Source: Octopus vulgaris
Lineage: Eukaryota
Assembly: GCA_951406725.2 (NCBI GenBank)
Contig: OX597827.1
Coordinates: 61,752,001-61,816,000, forward strand
DNA length: 64,000 nt
Direction: 5' to 3'
How positions within the stretch are numbered: position 1 is the stretch's first letter; each line of letters starts with the position of its first letter. Positions 63,051 through 64,000 of this stretch are shown in pieces. Below the pieces are notes generated by a model that did not search any database, was not told the origin of the DNA, and saw nothing but the letters and a program-made list of their open reading frames with translations. A program made the position numbers and the translations under genes.

Positions 63051-63635
63051 CTTTTGTGAAATAAATGAAGCAGATAAGAAGGAACCCTAGCCATGTACAC
63101 ATACATGCAAAAAATACATAAATAACACACACCTTCACTCTCTCTCTCTCTCTCACACACACACATATGAAAACAATGTATGCATATGTGTTTATGTATG
63201 TTCGTGTGTGACTGACTATAAATACATAGAGCTGAACACGGTGCACGTGAATACACGCACACAGTTACACATATGTACACTCACTATCTTTCATATACAC
63301 GCACATACATCTTTTACTTTCTCCTCTCACTTCAAAGCAAATGTCATCTTCCACACATCATGAAAGCAAAAGTGAATAAATAAAATTTCTATATGGAAAT
63401 TAACAATCAATCATATCATATCATATGATCAAGTTTTATGTTTCTGTGGGTCAAAACGAAAGATTGCTGCTCAGTGTTTATTTTTAAACACAAAATCCCT
63501 GAGACCTGTTACATGCATAGATACACACTAACATCTCTCTCTCCCTCTCTGTCACATACACGCTAAAGACGATGTGTCTTACACACAACCCTCTCTCTCT
63601 CTTGCTTACACGTTCACACACACATGTACACGTTC

Positions 63636-63990
63636 ATCATCATCGTTTAGCGTCCGCTTTCCATGCTGGCATGGGTTGGATGGTTCAACTAGGGTCTGGG
63701 AAGCCAGAAGGCTGCACCAGGCCCAGTCTGATCTGGCAATGTTTCTACGGCTGGATGCCCTTCCTAACGCCAACCACTCCATGAGTGTAGTGGATGCTTT
63801 TTACGTGCCACTGGCACAGGTGCCAGACGAGGCTGGCAAATGGCCACGATCGAATGGTGCTTTTTACGTGCCACTGGCGCAGAGGCCAGTCGGGGCGGCA
63901 CTGGCAACGGCCACGTTCGGATGGTTCTCTTATGTGCCACCGGCACTGGTATCACAGCCACAATTCCATTGATGTTGATCGATTTTGATT
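63636..63990 (-). mobile_element. Repeat family D copy with internal ~57-bp tandem units
   Basis: Close match to 24727-25010; TTTTACGTGCCAC..GGCA unit repeated three times. Confidence 0.85.
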
Positions 63991-64000
63991 TTGATAAGCT

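Overview
This is AT-rich, repeat-dense animal genomic DNA. The SINE families and the (TA)n/(CA)n/(TACA)n microsatellite load look like an octopus or other coleoid cephalopod genome; this is recognised from memory, not confirmed. No intact protein-coding gene is present, and almost all listed ORFs are microsatellite or repeat artefacts. The window holds many tRNA-headed SINEs, decayed CR1-clade LINEs (one retaining a CCCH zinc finger), a Tc1 remnant, a Penelope-like RT/GIY-YIG remnant, and hAT-, piggyBac-, pogo- and Merlin-type MITEs with readable TIRs and TSDs. The strongest signal is a set of type I hammerhead ribozymes with intact catalytic cores: one at 4765-4849, and an inverted pair at 55035-55136 inside a palindromic Penelope-like end that is itself nested in a Merlin-type MITE. 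Also seen: alternating CpG-retaining and CpG-depleted domains, supported by a local duplication that lost CpGs in one copy only. A speculative set of short + strand ATG-to-donor exons in the CpG-retaining domains may be alternative first exons of a gene continuing beyond the window.
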